The notes below the pieces were generated by a model. It saw only the letters and a program-made list of their open reading frames with translations. It made no database searches and was not told the DNA's origin. Positions 17,899 to 27,629 of a stretch of 64,000 bases of DNA are shown in pieces. The stretch spans positions 46,175 to 110,174 of the forward strand of contig JAUYNO010000055.1 in NCBI GenBank assembly GCA_030696045.1, given 5' to 3'. The DNA is from Stagnimonas sp. (GTDB lineage: Bacteria > Pseudomonadota > Gammaproteobacteria > Nevskiales > Nevskiaceae). Made by a program: the position numbers and the translations under genes. The stretch's first letter is position 1, and every line of letters starts with the position of its first letter.

Positions 17899-18720
17899 AT
17901 GGCACTCAAGGACAAGCTGGACACCGCGCTGCTGAGCGACGTCGGTCGCCTGCGCACCAACAACGAGGACGCGCTCGACGAGGACCAGGACATCGGCCTG
18001 CTGGTGCTGGCCGATGGCATGGGCGGCTACAACGCCGGCGAGATCGCCAGCGGCATCACCATCGCCACCGTGCTCGACACCGCGCGGCGCGAATGGAAAA
18101 CCCTGAAGAGCGGCGAGATCGATGAGACCACCGGCTACAGCGTCGAAGCGCTGATGCTGCGTCACGCGGTGGAGACCGCGCACACCACCATCTACCACGT
18201 CAGCCAGAGCCAGCCGCAGTGTGCCGGCATGGGCACCACCGTGGTCGCCTGCCTGTTCCACGACGACCGGCTGTCGATCGCCTATGTCGGCGATTCGCGC
18301 CTGTACCGGCTGCGCGGCGGCCGGCTCGAACAGATCACCCGCGACCACTCGCTGCTGGAAGAACTGATCGCCCGCGGCCACTACACCCGCGAGGAAGCCA
18401 GCAAGCTGGTGCGCAAGAACATCGTCACCCGCGCCCTGGGCGTGGAGCCGGAGGTGACGGTGGACCTGATCGAGGAGACCGCCGAGGTCGACGACATCAT
18501 CCTGATCTGCTCCGACGGCCTCACCGACATGGTCGACGACAACACCCTGCGCTTAACGCTCACGCAGTTTGCTGATAACCTGCAAGAAGCCGCGAAAGTG
18601 CTGGTGGATACAGCGAATGAGCGGGGCGGCAAGGACAATGTTTCGGTGGTGCTGGCCCGGGTGAACGCCAGCTTCGCTCGCGGTCGGCGCTGGTATGAGC
18701 GGTTGATGGAGTGGTTCTAG
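17899..18720 (+). CDS. PP2C-family (Stp1/IreP) Ser/Thr phosphatase
   Basis: SDVGRLRTNNED, LADGMGG, MGTT, VGDSR, TRDHS, CSDGLTD, GGKDNVSV. Confidence 0.94.
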   Translation: MALKDKLDTALLSDVGRLRTNNEDALDEDQDIGLLVLADGMGGYNAGEIASGITIATVLDTARREWKTLKSGEIDETTGYSVEALMLRHAVETAHTTIYHVSQSQPQCAGMGTTVVACLFHDDRLSIAYVGDSRLYRLRGGRLEQITRDHSLLEELIARGHYTREEASKLVRKNIVTRALGVEPEVTVDLIEETAEVDDIILICSDGLTDMVDDNTLRLTLTQFADNLQEAAKVLVDTANERGGKDNVSVVLARVNASFARGRRWYERLMEWF

Positions 18721-18749
18721 TCGGCTTTTTGGATCAGGGAAAGAAATCT

Positions 18750-19436
18750 ATGGGCAAGCTCATCGTCACGGAGGCCGACGGCAAGAGCCGGGAGCTCGCG
18801 CTCGACAAGGAGCGCGTGACCATCGGCCGCCATGCCGACAACGACATCGCCTTGAACGACAAGGCGGTGTCCGGACACCACGCGGTGGTGATCACCATCC
18901 TCTCCGATTCCTTCCTGGAAGATCTCGACTCCACCAACGGCACCATGGTCAACGGCAAGCAGGTCGCCAAGCACCCGCTGTCGCACGGTGACACCGTCAG
19001 CATCGGCCGCAACAGCCTGCGCTACGAGGCCGAGCAGGGCGGCGACCAGGAGGATTTCGAGAAGACCATGATCATGCGCCCGGGCCAGGTGTCCGCGGCG
19101 ATGGGCAGCCCGCGTCCGGCCGCACCGGCACCCGGCGCCGCGCCGGCGATGGCCGAGGCCAAGCCGCTCAACGGCCGGCTGCGGGTCGACAGCGGCTCCA
19201 ATGCCGGCAAGGAACTGGAGTTGACCAAGGCGCTGACCACCATCGGCAAGCCCGGCGTGCAGGTGGCGGCGATCACCAAGCGTGCCGACGGCTACTACAT
19301 CGTCCATGTCGGCGGTGCCGCCGGTGGCAAGCGGCCGCTGGTCAACGGCGCCGAGATCGACACCCAGGCGCGCAAGCTGAGTCCCGGCGACGTGGTCGAA
19401 CTCGCCGGCACCAAGATGTCCTTCCTGATCAGCTGA
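18750..19436 (+). CDS. FHA-domain protein (FHA, linker, second FHA-like domain)
   Basis: Start moved to ATG 18750. FHA motifs TIGR, VSGHHA, DLDSTNGT; Ala/Pro linker; C-terminal LTTIGKPG...LVNG...LSPGDVVELAG. Confidence 0.9.
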   Translation: MGKLIVTEADGKSRELALDKERVTIGRHADNDIALNDKAVSGHHAVVITILSDSFLEDLDSTNGTMVNGKQVAKHPLSHGDTVSIGRNSLRYEAEQGGDQEDFEKTMIMRPGQVSAAMGSPRPAAPAPGAAPAMAEAKPLNGRLRVDSGSNAGKELELTKALTTIGKPGVQVAAITKRADGYYIVHVGGAAGGKRPLVNGAEIDTQARKLSPGDVVELAGTKMSFLIS

Positions 19437-19455
19437 TCGCTCCCGGCAACGAACG

Positions 19456-19483
19456 ACGGCAGCCCGGGGGCTGCCGTTTTTTG
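19456..19483 (+). terminator. Rho-independent terminator of the kinase-PP2C-FHA operon
   Basis: ACGGCAGCCC/GGGCTGCCGT stem followed by TTTTT, between the convergent FHA gene and fliK. Confidence 0.8.
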
Positions 19484-19493
19484 TTGGTGCCGC

Positions 19494-20591
19494 TCAGGCG
19501 TAGTGGTCGAACAGCCCGCGCCCGGCCCGGACCGGAGTCCATGCAAGGGGGCCGTCGTCCTCGACGAACGCGGACGATGCCCGTCCGGGCCAACCCGGCG
19601 CGGACCGCGCAGGCGTCCGCTCCTGCTGGTCGAAGACGCTGGTCTGTCCCAGGCTCAGGCCGCTGTCGCCGAGCAGTTCGCGCAGGCGCGGCAGCGCCTC
19701 GTTGAGCAGTTCGCGGGTCGCGGCCTGCGCCGCGCCGATATGCAGCTGCACCTGGCCGGCCTCCACCTGCACCCGCAGCTCCAGCGCGCCCAACCCGGCC
19801 GGCGCCAGCTCGATGCGGGCTTCCTGCACGCCGTCGCCCAGCTGCCAGCGGATGCGCTCGCCCAGCTGCTCCGGCCAATCGTTGCAACGGGTATCGAGCG
19901 GCGGTGGGGCCGGCGGCGACGTCGGCACGGGAGTCGCGATCGCTGCCGGCGTGGCAGGCCCCAGAGAAAAAGTGGGCGCCGGGCTGGCGGCGACAGCGGC
20001 CAGATCCGGCAGTGCCGGTTCTGTCGCCGGTGGCGCGACCGCGGCCTCCGGCAGGGCGGGGTTCAGCGCCAGGGTCGCCAGCGACTCCCGCCGCGCGAGC
20101 GGATCAGGACCGTCCGCGATCAGCCCCGGTGCGGCGGCCTGCGGGTTCGCCGGCATCACCGGTGTGGGCGGCGCGGCCGGCGAGCCGAACAGGGCCAGCC
20201 AGTCGGTACCCGGGCTGCCGGGCTCGCCGGCGAGACCAGGCTCCGGATCGACCGGGTCGGAGGCGGCAAATGCAGTCACCGACGGGTCGCCGGATGGCGC
20301 CGGACAGTCCAGGAACAGATCCTTGAGCGGGCCGTCCGGCGGCGGCGCAGCCGGCCCCTTGCGGACCGCAGCGGTTGGCGCCGAGGCCGGCCGGGTTTCG
20401 GCTGCCGAACCGGGGACGGCTGGCGGCAGCGGCCTGCCGCCTTCTGCCGCGCCGGTTGCCGGCTTCAGGAGGGCGGCGAAATCCGGGGCCTGGGCGCCGG
20501 TAGTCGCCGGGGCGGCATCCGGCAATCCGGGGCCTGCGGCGGTGAGGGGCGCCGAGGTCGGCGCGGCACTGGCAGCCGCCAGTCCGTTCAC
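19494..20591 (-). CDS. fliK: Flagellar hook-length control protein
   Basis: GTG 20591 overlaps the fliJ stop. Pro/Ala-rich N-terminus and C-terminal T3S4 domain (WPEQLGERIRW...ARIELAPAGLGALELRV...LPRLRELL); ends GLFDHYA. Confidence 0.88.
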   Translation of the reverse strand: MNGLAAASAAPTSAPLTAAGPGLPDAAPATTGAQAPDFAALLKPATGAAEGGRPLPPAVPGSAAETRPASAPTAAVRKGPAAPPPDGPLKDLFLDCPAPSGDPSVTAFAASDPVDPEPGLAGEPGSPGTDWLALFGSPAAPPTPVMPANPQAAAPGLIADGPDPLARRESLATLALNPALPEAAVAPPATEPALPDLAAVAASPAPTFSLGPATPAAIATPVPTSPPAPPPLDTRCNDWPEQLGERIRWQLGDGVQEARIELAPAGLGALELRVQVEAGQVQLHIGAAQAATRELLNEALPRLRELLGDSGLSLGQTSVFDQQERTPARSAPGWPGRASSAFVEDDGPLAWTPVRAGRGLFDHYA

Positions 20592-21049
20592 GAAGCCGCG
20601 CCCGCCGCCAGCCGGTGGCCACGCGCCAGGTGACTGCGGATCGCTGCCTCGTCCATCTCCCGGCCTTGCCGACGCGCCTCCTGGCGCTGGGCCTCGCGCG
20701 CGAACTGGCTGACCAGACGATCCAGTTTTTCGACTTCCTGATGGGTTTCCAGCCAGCAGGCGCGGACCCGTTCCAGCTCCTCGGCGCAACGGCGGCTGGC
20801 CTCGGCCTGGAAGCGGACCGCCTCGCGCAGGCGCGCCAGGAAGGCGGCCTGCTGGCGCAGCGCGCCGATGGCGGTGGCATTCGGCAGGTCGCGCTCGGCG
20901 TATTCGGCCTCGTAGCGGCACAGCTCGGCATGGCGCGCCTCGGCCTGGGCATGGCGGCCGAGCGCGGCGGACAGTGCCTGCGCGGCACGGTCTTCCAGCA
21001 GGGCGGCACGGCGGCGCAGCGGCGCCAGGCGATCAGCGGGGGACGTCAT
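20588..21049 (-). CDS. fliJ: Flagellar export chaperone
   Basis: ATG 21049 overlaps the fliI stop; coiled-coil protein ending [11 protein letters not shown]; canonical position between fliI and fliK. Confidence 0.85.
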   Translation of the reverse strand: MTSPADRLAPLRRRAALLEDRAAQALSAALGRHAQAEARHAELCRYEAEYAERDLPNATAIGALRQQAAFLARLREAVRFQAEASRRCAEELERVRACWLETHQEVEKLDRLVSQFAREAQRQEARRQGREMDEAAIRSHLARGHRLAAGAAS

Positions 21050-22413
21050 GTGGGCACTCCGGCGAGCAGCAGGTCTAGCTGTGTAAGGCTTGCTACAAAT
21101 CCTGCGCCAGCGTCGACATCCTGGCGCAAAAAGGCTTCGATGGCCGGCCACAGGGCGATGGCGGCGTCGGTGCGCGGGTCGCCCCCCTTCTGGTAAGCGC
21201 CGATGGCAATCAGGTCGCGATTGCGCTGGTAGGCCGACAGCAGGGCACGGAACCGCCGCACCAGCTGCTGCTGGGCCGTCGAGGTGCAATCGTTGGCGAC
21301 GCGCGAGATCGAGGCCTCGACATCGACCGCCGGATAAATGCCGCTCTCGGCGATGCGCCGCGACAGCACGATGTGGCCGTCAAGAATTCCGCGCGCGGCG
21401 TCGGCAATCGGATCCTGCGGATCGTCGCCCTCGGTCAGCACCGTGTAGAAGGCGGTGATCGAGCCGGAGCCCTCGGGGCCGTTGCCGGCGCGGTCGACCA
21501 GCGCCGGCAATTTTGCGAACACGCTGGGCGGATAGCCGCGCGTGGTCGGCGGCTCGCCGATGGCGAGACCAATTTCGCGCTGGGCCTGGGCATAGCGGGT
21601 CAGCGAGTCCATCAGTAACAAGACATTCATGCCACGGTCGCGGAAATGCTCGGCCACGGCGGTGGCCAGGGCCGCGCCGTGCAGGCGCTGCAGCGGTGAG
21701 CGGTCGGCGGGGGTGGCGATGACGCAGGCGCGCGCCAGGCCCTCCGGCCCCAGCGACTGCTCGACGAAGTCGCGCACCTCGCGGCCGCGTTCGCCGATCA
21801 GGCCAACCACGATCACGTCGGCGGCGGTGTAGCGGGTCATCATGCCGAGCAAGGTCGACTTGCCGACGCCGGTGCCGGCGAACAGGCCCAGGCGCTGGCC
21901 CCGGCCCACGGTCAGCAGGGCATTGATGGCGCGCACGCCGACATCCAGCGGTTCCCGCACCGAGGCCCGCTGGAAGGGATTGAGGCGACGGCCGGCCAGC
22001 GGGGTGCTGGTATCGCCGCGCGGCTTGGGCTTGCCGTCGAGGGGATCGCCCTCGCCGTCCAGCACCCGCCCCAGCCAGTCGAAACCGACATTGACCTTGG
22101 CAACGCGGCGCAGCGGCACCACCCGCGCATGGGGGGCGATGCCGGCCAGGTCGCCGATCGGCATCAGGTGCACGCGGTCGCCGGCGAAGCCGACCACCTC
22201 GGCCTCCAGCGCCGCGCCATCGACATCGACCACCCGGCAGCGGCTGCCGATCTGCACTTGGCAGCCGACGGCTTCGAGCGTCAGTCCGACCACGCGCGTC
22301 AGGCTGCCCTCGACCGTCATCAGCGGCGCCCGCCCCAGCACCGGCAGGTGCTCACGCAGGCGGCCGGCGAGCCGGTGCTGGCGCTCGCGGTTGAGCTCGC
22401 TGGCGGCGCTCAT
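21046..22413 (-). CDS. fliI: Flagellum-specific ATP synthase
   Basis: Start moved to ATG 22413. [40 protein letters not shown]. Confidence 0.97.
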   Translation of the reverse strand: MSAASELNRERQHRLAGRLREHLPVLGRAPLMTVEGSLTRVVGLTLEAVGCQVQIGSRCRVVDVDGAALEAEVVGFAGDRVHLMPIGDLAGIAPHARVVPLRRVAKVNVGFDWLGRVLDGEGDPLDGKPKPRGDTSTPLAGRRLNPFQRASVREPLDVGVRAINALLTVGRGQRLGLFAGTGVGKSTLLGMMTRYTAADVIVVGLIGERGREVRDFVEQSLGPEGLARACVIATPADRSPLQRLHGAALATAVAEHFRDRGMNVLLLMDSLTRYAQAQREIGLAIGEPPTTRGYPPSVFAKLPALVDRAGNGPEGSGSITAFYTVLTEGDDPQDPIADAARGILDGHIVLSRRIAESGIYPAVDVEASISRVANDCTSTAQQQLVRRFRALLSAYQRNRDLIAIGAYQKGGDPRTDAAIALWPAIEAFLRQDVDAGAGFVASLTQLDLLLAGVPT

Positions 22414-23021
22414 TCGGCACCCAGGAGTTCGTGCGCCAGACCGGCGGCGCGGGCATCGAGACTGGCATTGACCGTGGCGTGCTCGCTGCTGACCCGGCAG
22501 CCCCCGGGCAGCACGTCGCCGTCGGCGACCAGGGACCAGCCGGCACCGCTGATCTCGCTGCTCAAAACCTCGGTGAGCGCGCCGTAATCCTCTGGCGCGA
22601 CATGCACGCGCAGGGCGCGCGGCACCGAGCCGAGGGCGGCGGCGGCATCGCGCACCACGGCCGCGACCCGGGCCGGTTCCACCGCCAGTTCCTGCTGGGC
22701 AATGCGGCGCGCGGCTTCGAGGGTCATGGCGATCAGCACCCGCTCCAGTTCGGCATCCAGCACCGACAGTGGCGTGGCCAGGGCATCGAGCACGGCGCGC
22801 ACCCGCGCCGCCTGCGCCTCGGCGGCGGCCAGGCCGGCAGCGCGGCCCTGCAGCTCGCCCAGCGCGTAGCCGCGCGCGGCGGCCTCGGCCTCGATCTCGG
22901 CCATGCGGGCGGCGGTGGCGGCCGCATCCGGCGGCGGTGGCGGCGCCGGCGGCAGCTCGAAACTCGGCAGCTGCCAGCGCTTGGCGCTCAGCCCCTGCTC
23001 CTCGGCCCAGAGCAGGGCCAT
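22410..23021 (-). CDS. fliH: Flagellar assembly protein
   Basis: ATG 23021 overlaps the fliG stop; AKRWQLPSF, GxxxG repeats (GYALGELQG), C-terminal LPGGCRVSS. Confidence 0.9.
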   Translation of the reverse strand: MALLWAEEQGLSAKRWQLPSFELPPAPPPPPDAAATAARMAEIEAEAAARGYALGELQGRAAGLAAAEAQAARVRAVLDALATPLSVLDAELERVLIAMTLEAARRIAQQELAVEPARVAAVVRDAAAALGSVPRALRVHVAPEDYGALTEVLSSEISGAGWSLVADGDVLPGGCRVSSEHATVNASLDARAAGLAHELLGAE

Positions 23022-24046
23022 CAGACGAAGTCCTCGCCCTTGCCGCCGAGCGCGATGGTGCCGGACTCGGCCAGACGGCGGGCGGTGGCGAGAATGTCCT
23101 TCTGCGCGACCTCGACATCGGACAGCTTGACCGGGCCCTTGGCCTCCATGTCCTCGACCATCATTTCCGAGGCGCGCTTGGACATGTTGCGCAGGATCTT
23201 GTCCTTGACCTTGGGGTCGGCGCCGCGCAGGGCGAGCGCCAGGGTGTCGGTGGAAACCTCGCGCAGCAGGGTCTGGATGCCGCGGTCGTCGACATCGGCG
23301 AGGTTGTCGAACACGAACATCAGGTCCTGGATGCGCTGACCGAGGTCCTCGTCGACGCCCTTGATGGTCTCGGTGAGCTTGGCCTCGGTGCTGGAATCGA
23401 GCAGGTTGAGGATGGTGGCCGCCACCTTGACGCCACCGACGCTGGAGGACTTGATGTTGGCGGTGCCGGTGAACTGCCGCTCCATGATCTCGTCGAGCTC
23501 GCGCAGCGCCTGCGGCTGGATGCCATCGAGGGTGGCGATGCGCAGCACCACGTCGCTCTGGATGCGCTCGGGCAGGTTCACCAGCACCTCGGCGGCCTGG
23601 TCCGGGTCCAGATAGGCCAGCACGATGGCGATGATCTGCGGATGTTCGTTGCGGATCAGTTCGGCTACGGCGCGGGTTTCCATCCACTTCAGGGCTTCCA
23701 GGCCCTTGGAATTGCGGCCCAGCAGGATGCGGTCGATCAGGCCGCCGGCCTTGTCCTCGCCGAGCGCCTGCACCAGCACCTTGCGCACGTAGTCGTCGGC
23801 GCCGACGCCGAGCGAGGTCTGGTCCTCGAGATTGGCGACAAAGCCCTGCAGCACCGATTCGGCCTGCTCGCGGCTGACGCTGGACAGGTTCGCCATCGCC
23901 TGGCCGAGGCGCTGCACGTCCTTGGCGCCGAGATGGCGCAGCACCTCCGCCGCCTCGTTCTCGCCGAGCGAGAGCAGGAAGATGGCGGCACGGTCGGTGC
24001 CGTTGAGCTTGGCTTCGGTGACAGGTGCGGTAGCGGCATCGGCCAT
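23021..24046 (-). CDS. fliG: Flagellar motor switch protein
   Basis: [30 protein letters not shown] motifs. Confidence 0.97.
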   Translation of the reverse strand: MADAATAPVTEAKLNGTDRAAIFLLSLGENEAAEVLRHLGAKDVQRLGQAMANLSSVSREQAESVLQGFVANLEDQTSLGVGADDYVRKVLVQALGEDKAGGLIDRILLGRNSKGLEALKWMETRAVAELIRNEHPQIIAIVLAYLDPDQAAEVLVNLPERIQSDVVLRIATLDGIQPQALRELDEIMERQFTGTANIKSSSVGGVKVAATILNLLDSSTEAKLTETIKGVDEDLGQRIQDLMFVFDNLADVDDRGIQTLLREVSTDTLALALRGADPKVKDKILRNMSKRASEMMVEDMEAKGPVKLSDVEVAQKDILATARRLAESGTIALGGKGEDFV

Positions 24047-24069
24047 GGGAGTTCTCATTTACGAAATCG

Positions 24070-25797
24070 TTATTCCTGCGCGATCCAGGCGCGCATCACC
24101 TGGGCCACGCGCTTGGGGTCCTCGCGCACTGCCTGGCGGGCGCGATCCAGCCGCTGCCCGTGCGCGGTGTTGGCGGTCGACGCCGGCAGACCGCCATCGG
24201 CCTCGGCCTGCTGCTGCGCCAGCGCCGCCTGGCTCGCACTGGCGCCCTCGGCGGTCAGCGCGCCCGGCCGGCTGTCCTCCGGCGGCGCCAGGGCCGCCAG
24301 TTGCTCGGGCGTCAGCACCTTGCGATCCGGGCCGCCGAACAGGCTGCGCATCACCGGCCGGACCACCGTGATGATCAGCACCAGCAGCACCAGCGCACCC
24401 AGGGCTTCGCGGGCGGCATCGCGCAGTTCCGGCCGCTGCAGCATGGGCAGCTCCGGCTCGACCAGGGCCTCGACCGGAGCGAAGGGCGCGTTCTGCACCG
24501 TCACCGAGTCGCCGCGCTTGGCGTCGAAGCCCACCGCCTCCTTAACCAGCGCCTCCATCCGCGCCAGTTCCTCCGGCTTGAGCGCGCTCGGCACCATCTG
24601 GCCCTTGGCATCCGGGCGCGGCAGGTAGTCGACCAGCACCGCCACCGACAGCCGCTGGATCCGGCCCGGCGCCTGCTTGCTGTGGCGGATGGTCTTGTCG
24701 AGTTCGTAGTTGCGGGTGCTGCTGCGGCTTTGCGGGCCGCTGAATTCGGTGCTGGCGGCGGCATTGGGATCGGTCACCGCCGGCGCGCTGCCGGCCGGTG
24801 GCGTCGGGGCCGTGACCGGCGGCGCCACATCCGGCGGACGGTTGCTGGTGGCGCCGGGGATGCCGCGCGCCGTCGCACTGCTGTCGCGCTCCTCGCGGGT
24901 CTGCTCGCTGCGGATCGCCTGCGGGTCCGGCTGGTACTGCTCCTCGGTCTGCTCGGCCTCGGTGAAGTCGAGGTCGGCCACCACCTGGGCGTTGACCCGA
25001 CCGGCGCCGGTGAGCGGCGACAGGATGTCCTGCACCCGCCGGCTGTAGTCATCCTCGATCCGGCGCACATGGTCGAACTGGCTGGAATTAAGCGCTCCGG
25101 AGCTGTTGCGGCTGTCGTCGGTGAGCAGATCGCCGGCCTGGTCCACCACGGTCACCGCCGCCGCCGGCAGTTCCGGCACGCTCGACGACACCACATGGAC
25201 GATGCTCGCCACCTGCTGCGGCGTCAGCGCCCGGCCCGGGTGCAGTTCCACCAGCACCGAGGCGCTGGGCGTGCTGCGGCCGCGGGCGAAGGCGGAAGGC
25301 TTGGGAATGGCGAGATGGACGCGGGCGCTCTTCACCGGCTGCAGGGCGCTGATGGTGCGCACCAGCTCGATCTCCAGCGAATGCTGGTAGCGCGCGTTCT
25401 CGATGAACTGCGAAACCCCGAAACCCTGCTCGCCGCGCATGGCCTCGAAGCCGACGCCACCGGCCTTGGGCAAGCCCTGCCCGGCCAGTTTCAGCCGCGC
25501 CTCGCGCAACTGCGCCGCCGGCACGGTGAGCGCGCCGGTATCGGCATCGACCCGGTGTTCGATGCCCGCCGCCGCGAGCGCATCCGCCATCGCCGCCACA
25601 TCCTGCTCCGGCAGGCCGGCGTAGAGCGGCTGATAGCCCGGCGCGCGCGACCACATGAACAAGGACAGGCCGCCGGCGATCGCCGCCGCCAGGCCGGTGA
25701 GCAGCAGCAGCTGGGGCAGGCCAGGAACGGCGCGGAGGCGCTCGCCCAGGCCCTGCAGCGGCGGGGGATTGTGCGGGGTCAGGATGGCTTCGCGCAT
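24070..25797 (-). CDS. fliF: Flagellar MS-ring protein
   Basis: Two TM segments; FGVSQF, ARVHLAIPK, PSASV, NYELDK, VGFDAKRGDSVTV. Confidence 0.96.
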   Translation of the reverse strand: MREAILTPHNPPPLQGLGERLRAVPGLPQLLLLTGLAAAIAGGLSLFMWSRAPGYQPLYAGLPEQDVAAMADALAAAGIEHRVDADTGALTVPAAQLREARLKLAGQGLPKAGGVGFEAMRGEQGFGVSQFIENARYQHSLEIELVRTISALQPVKSARVHLAIPKPSAFARGRSTPSASVLVELHPGRALTPQQVASIVHVVSSSVPELPAAAVTVVDQAGDLLTDDSRNSSGALNSSQFDHVRRIEDDYSRRVQDILSPLTGAGRVNAQVVADLDFTEAEQTEEQYQPDPQAIRSEQTREERDSSATARGIPGATSNRPPDVAPPVTAPTPPAGSAPAVTDPNAAASTEFSGPQSRSSTRNYELDKTIRHSKQAPGRIQRLSVAVLVDYLPRPDAKGQMVPSALKPEELARMEALVKEAVGFDAKRGDSVTVQNAPFAPVEALVEPELPMLQRPELRDAAREALGALVLLVLIITVVRPVMRSLFGGPDRKVLTPEQLAALAPPEDSRPGALTAEGASASQAALAQQQAEADGGLPASTANTAHGQRLDRARQAVREDPKRVAQVMRAWIAQE

Positions 25798-25814
25798 GGC
25801 TCAGGGATCCCGGT

Positions 25815-26138
25815 TCAGATCGGCATGTTCATGATGTCCTGGTAGGCCGACACCAGGCGGTTGCGGACCTCCACGGCACCACGGAAATTCACCTGGGCGC
25901 GGGCGCCGGCCACCATCACCTGCGCCAGGTCGACCGATTGGTCACCCAGCTCGAAGCGGGTGGCGAGATCGGCCGCCTTGTTCTGCGCGGTGGCGACGCC
26001 GTCGATGGCCTTGCCGAGGGTGGCGCTAAAGTTTTCCAGCGGCGCGCCGTTAGCCGGAGCAGCGGGAACACGACCCGCCGCCGCCGCGTTCATCGTGCGG
26101 ATCTGGGCAAGGACCTGATTGATGCCGATGTCGTTCAT
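25815..26138 (-). CDS. fliE: Flagellar hook-basal body complex protein
   Basis: Start moved to ATG 26138; C-terminal EVRNRLVSAYQDIMNMPI signature. Confidence 0.95.
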   Translation of the reverse strand: MNDIGINQVLAQIRTMNAAAAGRVPAAPANGAPLENFSATLGKAIDGVATAQNKAADLATRFELGDQSVDLAQVMVAGARAQVNFRGAVEVRNRLVSAYQDIMNMPI

Positions 26139-26173
26139 GGCGGGACTACGGACGCGGGTTCGAGCGGCTAAGA

Positions 26174-26188
26174 GCAAGTCCCGGACCA
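26174..26188 (-). promoter_or_regulatory. Putative sigma54 promoter of the fliE operon
   Basis: Minus-strand TGGTCCGGGACTTGC(T) has GG/GC at -24/-12 spacing, 35 bp upstream of fliE; consistent with FleQ/sigma54-type flagellar regulation. Confidence 0.65.
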
Positions 26189-26296
26189 GAGCGGGTGTCG
26201 GGTCTCTGGCGCCTGTTGTGTGGCTGCTTCTTGTCGCGCTCTCGACGTTCCCAAGTGGACGGGTAAGTCCACGGCACTGCGCTGCGCGCAGCCAAG

Positions 26297-26339
26297 CCCC
26301 CCTCTCCCCTAACCCCTCCCCCACGAGGGGGGAGGGGAA
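26297..26339 (+). repeat. REP-like palindromic unit, copy 1
   Basis: CCCCCTCTCCCCTAACCCCTCCCCCACGAGGGGGGAGGGGAA, containing the hairpin CCCCTCCCCC-ACGA-GGGGGGAGGGG. Confidence 0.65.
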
Positions 26340-26389
26340 TCACACAGAGCGCGATGTCGGCGCAGCCGACGAGCCGGATGGCTGTTGAT

Positions 26390-26684
26390 GGGCTGTTGAC
26401 GCCCCCCTCCCTTGAGAGGCGCCGAGAAGCGCAGGAGACGGGGGGTATGGAAGCGTCCGACTGTTCGAAGCGCCTATAGGGCGCTGAGTTCGGACGCGTC
26501 CCCCCGGCTCCGAGCATCGCAGGGAACCCCGCAGGGGCGCCGAACAGGGCGTACTTTCTCTTGCCTACTTCTCTTTGCACGAGCAAAGAGAAGTAGGTCC
26601 CGCGGAAGGCGACCCAGCTCGAAGCTCGGATGGAAACCAAGCCGAGCGCGCAAGCGCGACAAAACACAGCAACGTCAACAGCCC
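26390..26684. mobile_element. MITE-like/composite repeat (295 bp) with 12-bp TIRs and internal hairpins
   Basis: GGGCTGTTGACG (26390) and CGTCAACAGCCC (26673) are perfect inverted repeats. Internal hairpins include CCTACTTCTCTTTGC-ACGA-GCAAAGAGAAGTAGG and GCGTCCGA...TCGGACGC. Confidence 0.55.
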
Positions 26685-26723
26685 CCTCACCCCTAAGCCC
26701 TCTCCCGCAAGGGGAGCGGGGAA
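26682..26723 (+). repeat. REP-like palindromic unit, copy 2
   Basis: CCCCCTCACCCCTAAGCCCTCTCCCGCAAGGGGAGCGGGGAA, a direct, diverged copy of the unit at 26297. Confidence 0.6.
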
Positions 26724-26755
26724 CAGGAGCCAGCCATAGGCTTTAAACTGCGCCC

Positions 26756-27523
26756 ATGTCCGAGACCTATATCGGCGGCTTCCATGCCGTCACCGCCGCC
26801 CTCGAAGACGGCGAAAAGAAACCCCGCGAGATCCTCGTCGCCGATGCCCGGCGCGATTCGCGCATGTCGGCGCTGACGGCGCTGGCGGCGCGCTGCAAGG
26901 TGACCGTCCGTACCGTCTCCAAGGATCAGCTCGACCTCTACGCCCCGGGCCTGCGCCACCAGGGCGTGATCGCGGCGGTGCCGGCGGCGGATTTCCAGGG
27001 CGAGGACGCGCTCGAAGTGCCAGCCACGCCCGACCGCCTGGTGCTGGTGCTCGACGGCGTGCAGGACCCCCACAACCTCGGCGCCTGCCTGCGCACCGCC
27101 GAAGCGGTCGGCGTCACCGCCGTCATCATCCCCAAGGATCGCGCCGTCGGCCTCACCCCGGTCGCGCGCAAGGCGGCGGCCGGTGCCGCCGAGCGGGTGC
27201 CGGTGGTGGCGGTGACCAACCTCACCCGCACCCTGGAGCGGCTCAAGGAGCTGGGCTACTGGGTCACCGGCCTGGCCGGCGAATCCGACCAGCTGATCTA
27301 CGACGTCGACCTCACCGGCCCGACCGTGATCGTCATGGGTGGCGAAGGCGATGGCCTGCGCCGGCTCACCCGCGAAACCTGCGACAAGCTGGTGCGCATC
27401 CCCATGGTCGGCGAGATCGAGAGCCTCAATGTCTCGGTCGCCGCCGCCGTCTGCCTGTACGAGTGCTTCCGCCAGCGGCAGGCCGCCGCCAAGCCCAGGA
27501 AGCCGTCCGCCGGCCGCAAATAG
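26756..27523 (+). CDS. rlmB: 23S rRNA (Gm2251) 2'-O-methyltransferase
   Basis: HQGV, LVLDGVQDPHNLGACLRTA, MGGEGDGLRRLT, IPMVGEIESLNVSVAA (SpoU motifs). Confidence 0.96.
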   Translation: MSETYIGGFHAVTAALEDGEKKPREILVADARRDSRMSALTALAARCKVTVRTVSKDQLDLYAPGLRHQGVIAAVPAADFQGEDALEVPATPDRLVLVLDGVQDPHNLGACLRTAEAVGVTAVIIPKDRAVGLTPVARKAAAGAAERVPVVAVTNLTRTLERLKELGYWVTGLAGESDQLIYDVDLTGPTVIVMGGEGDGLRRLTRETCDKLVRIPMVGEIESLNVSVAAAVCLYECFRQRQAAAKPRKPSAGRK

Positions 27524-27574
27524 GCGTTTGTCCGCGGGCACTTAAGTCCGGCGACAGGAATCCGTCGAACGCGC

Positions 27575-27589
27575 GGGCACAGGAATTGG
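27575..27589 (+). promoter_or_regulatory. Possible sigma54 promoter of flgB (imperfect -12)
   Basis: GGGCACAGGAATTGG: good -24 (GGCAC) and TTG, but GG instead of GC at -12; 40 bp upstream of flgB. Confidence 0.35.
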
Positions 27590-27629
27590 AGCAGGCCCTC
27601 TGCCTGATCCATTTCGACGGAGGTGCCCC

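Noticed and set aside
15238-19436. Type VI secretion locus
   Set aside because: Kinase, PP2C and FHA are present, but no tss, hcp or vgrG genes occur in the window.
26233-26246. GTC-N8-GAC as a FleQ box upstream of fliE
   Set aside because: Only the outer triplets match and the AT-rich core is missing; too weak to call.
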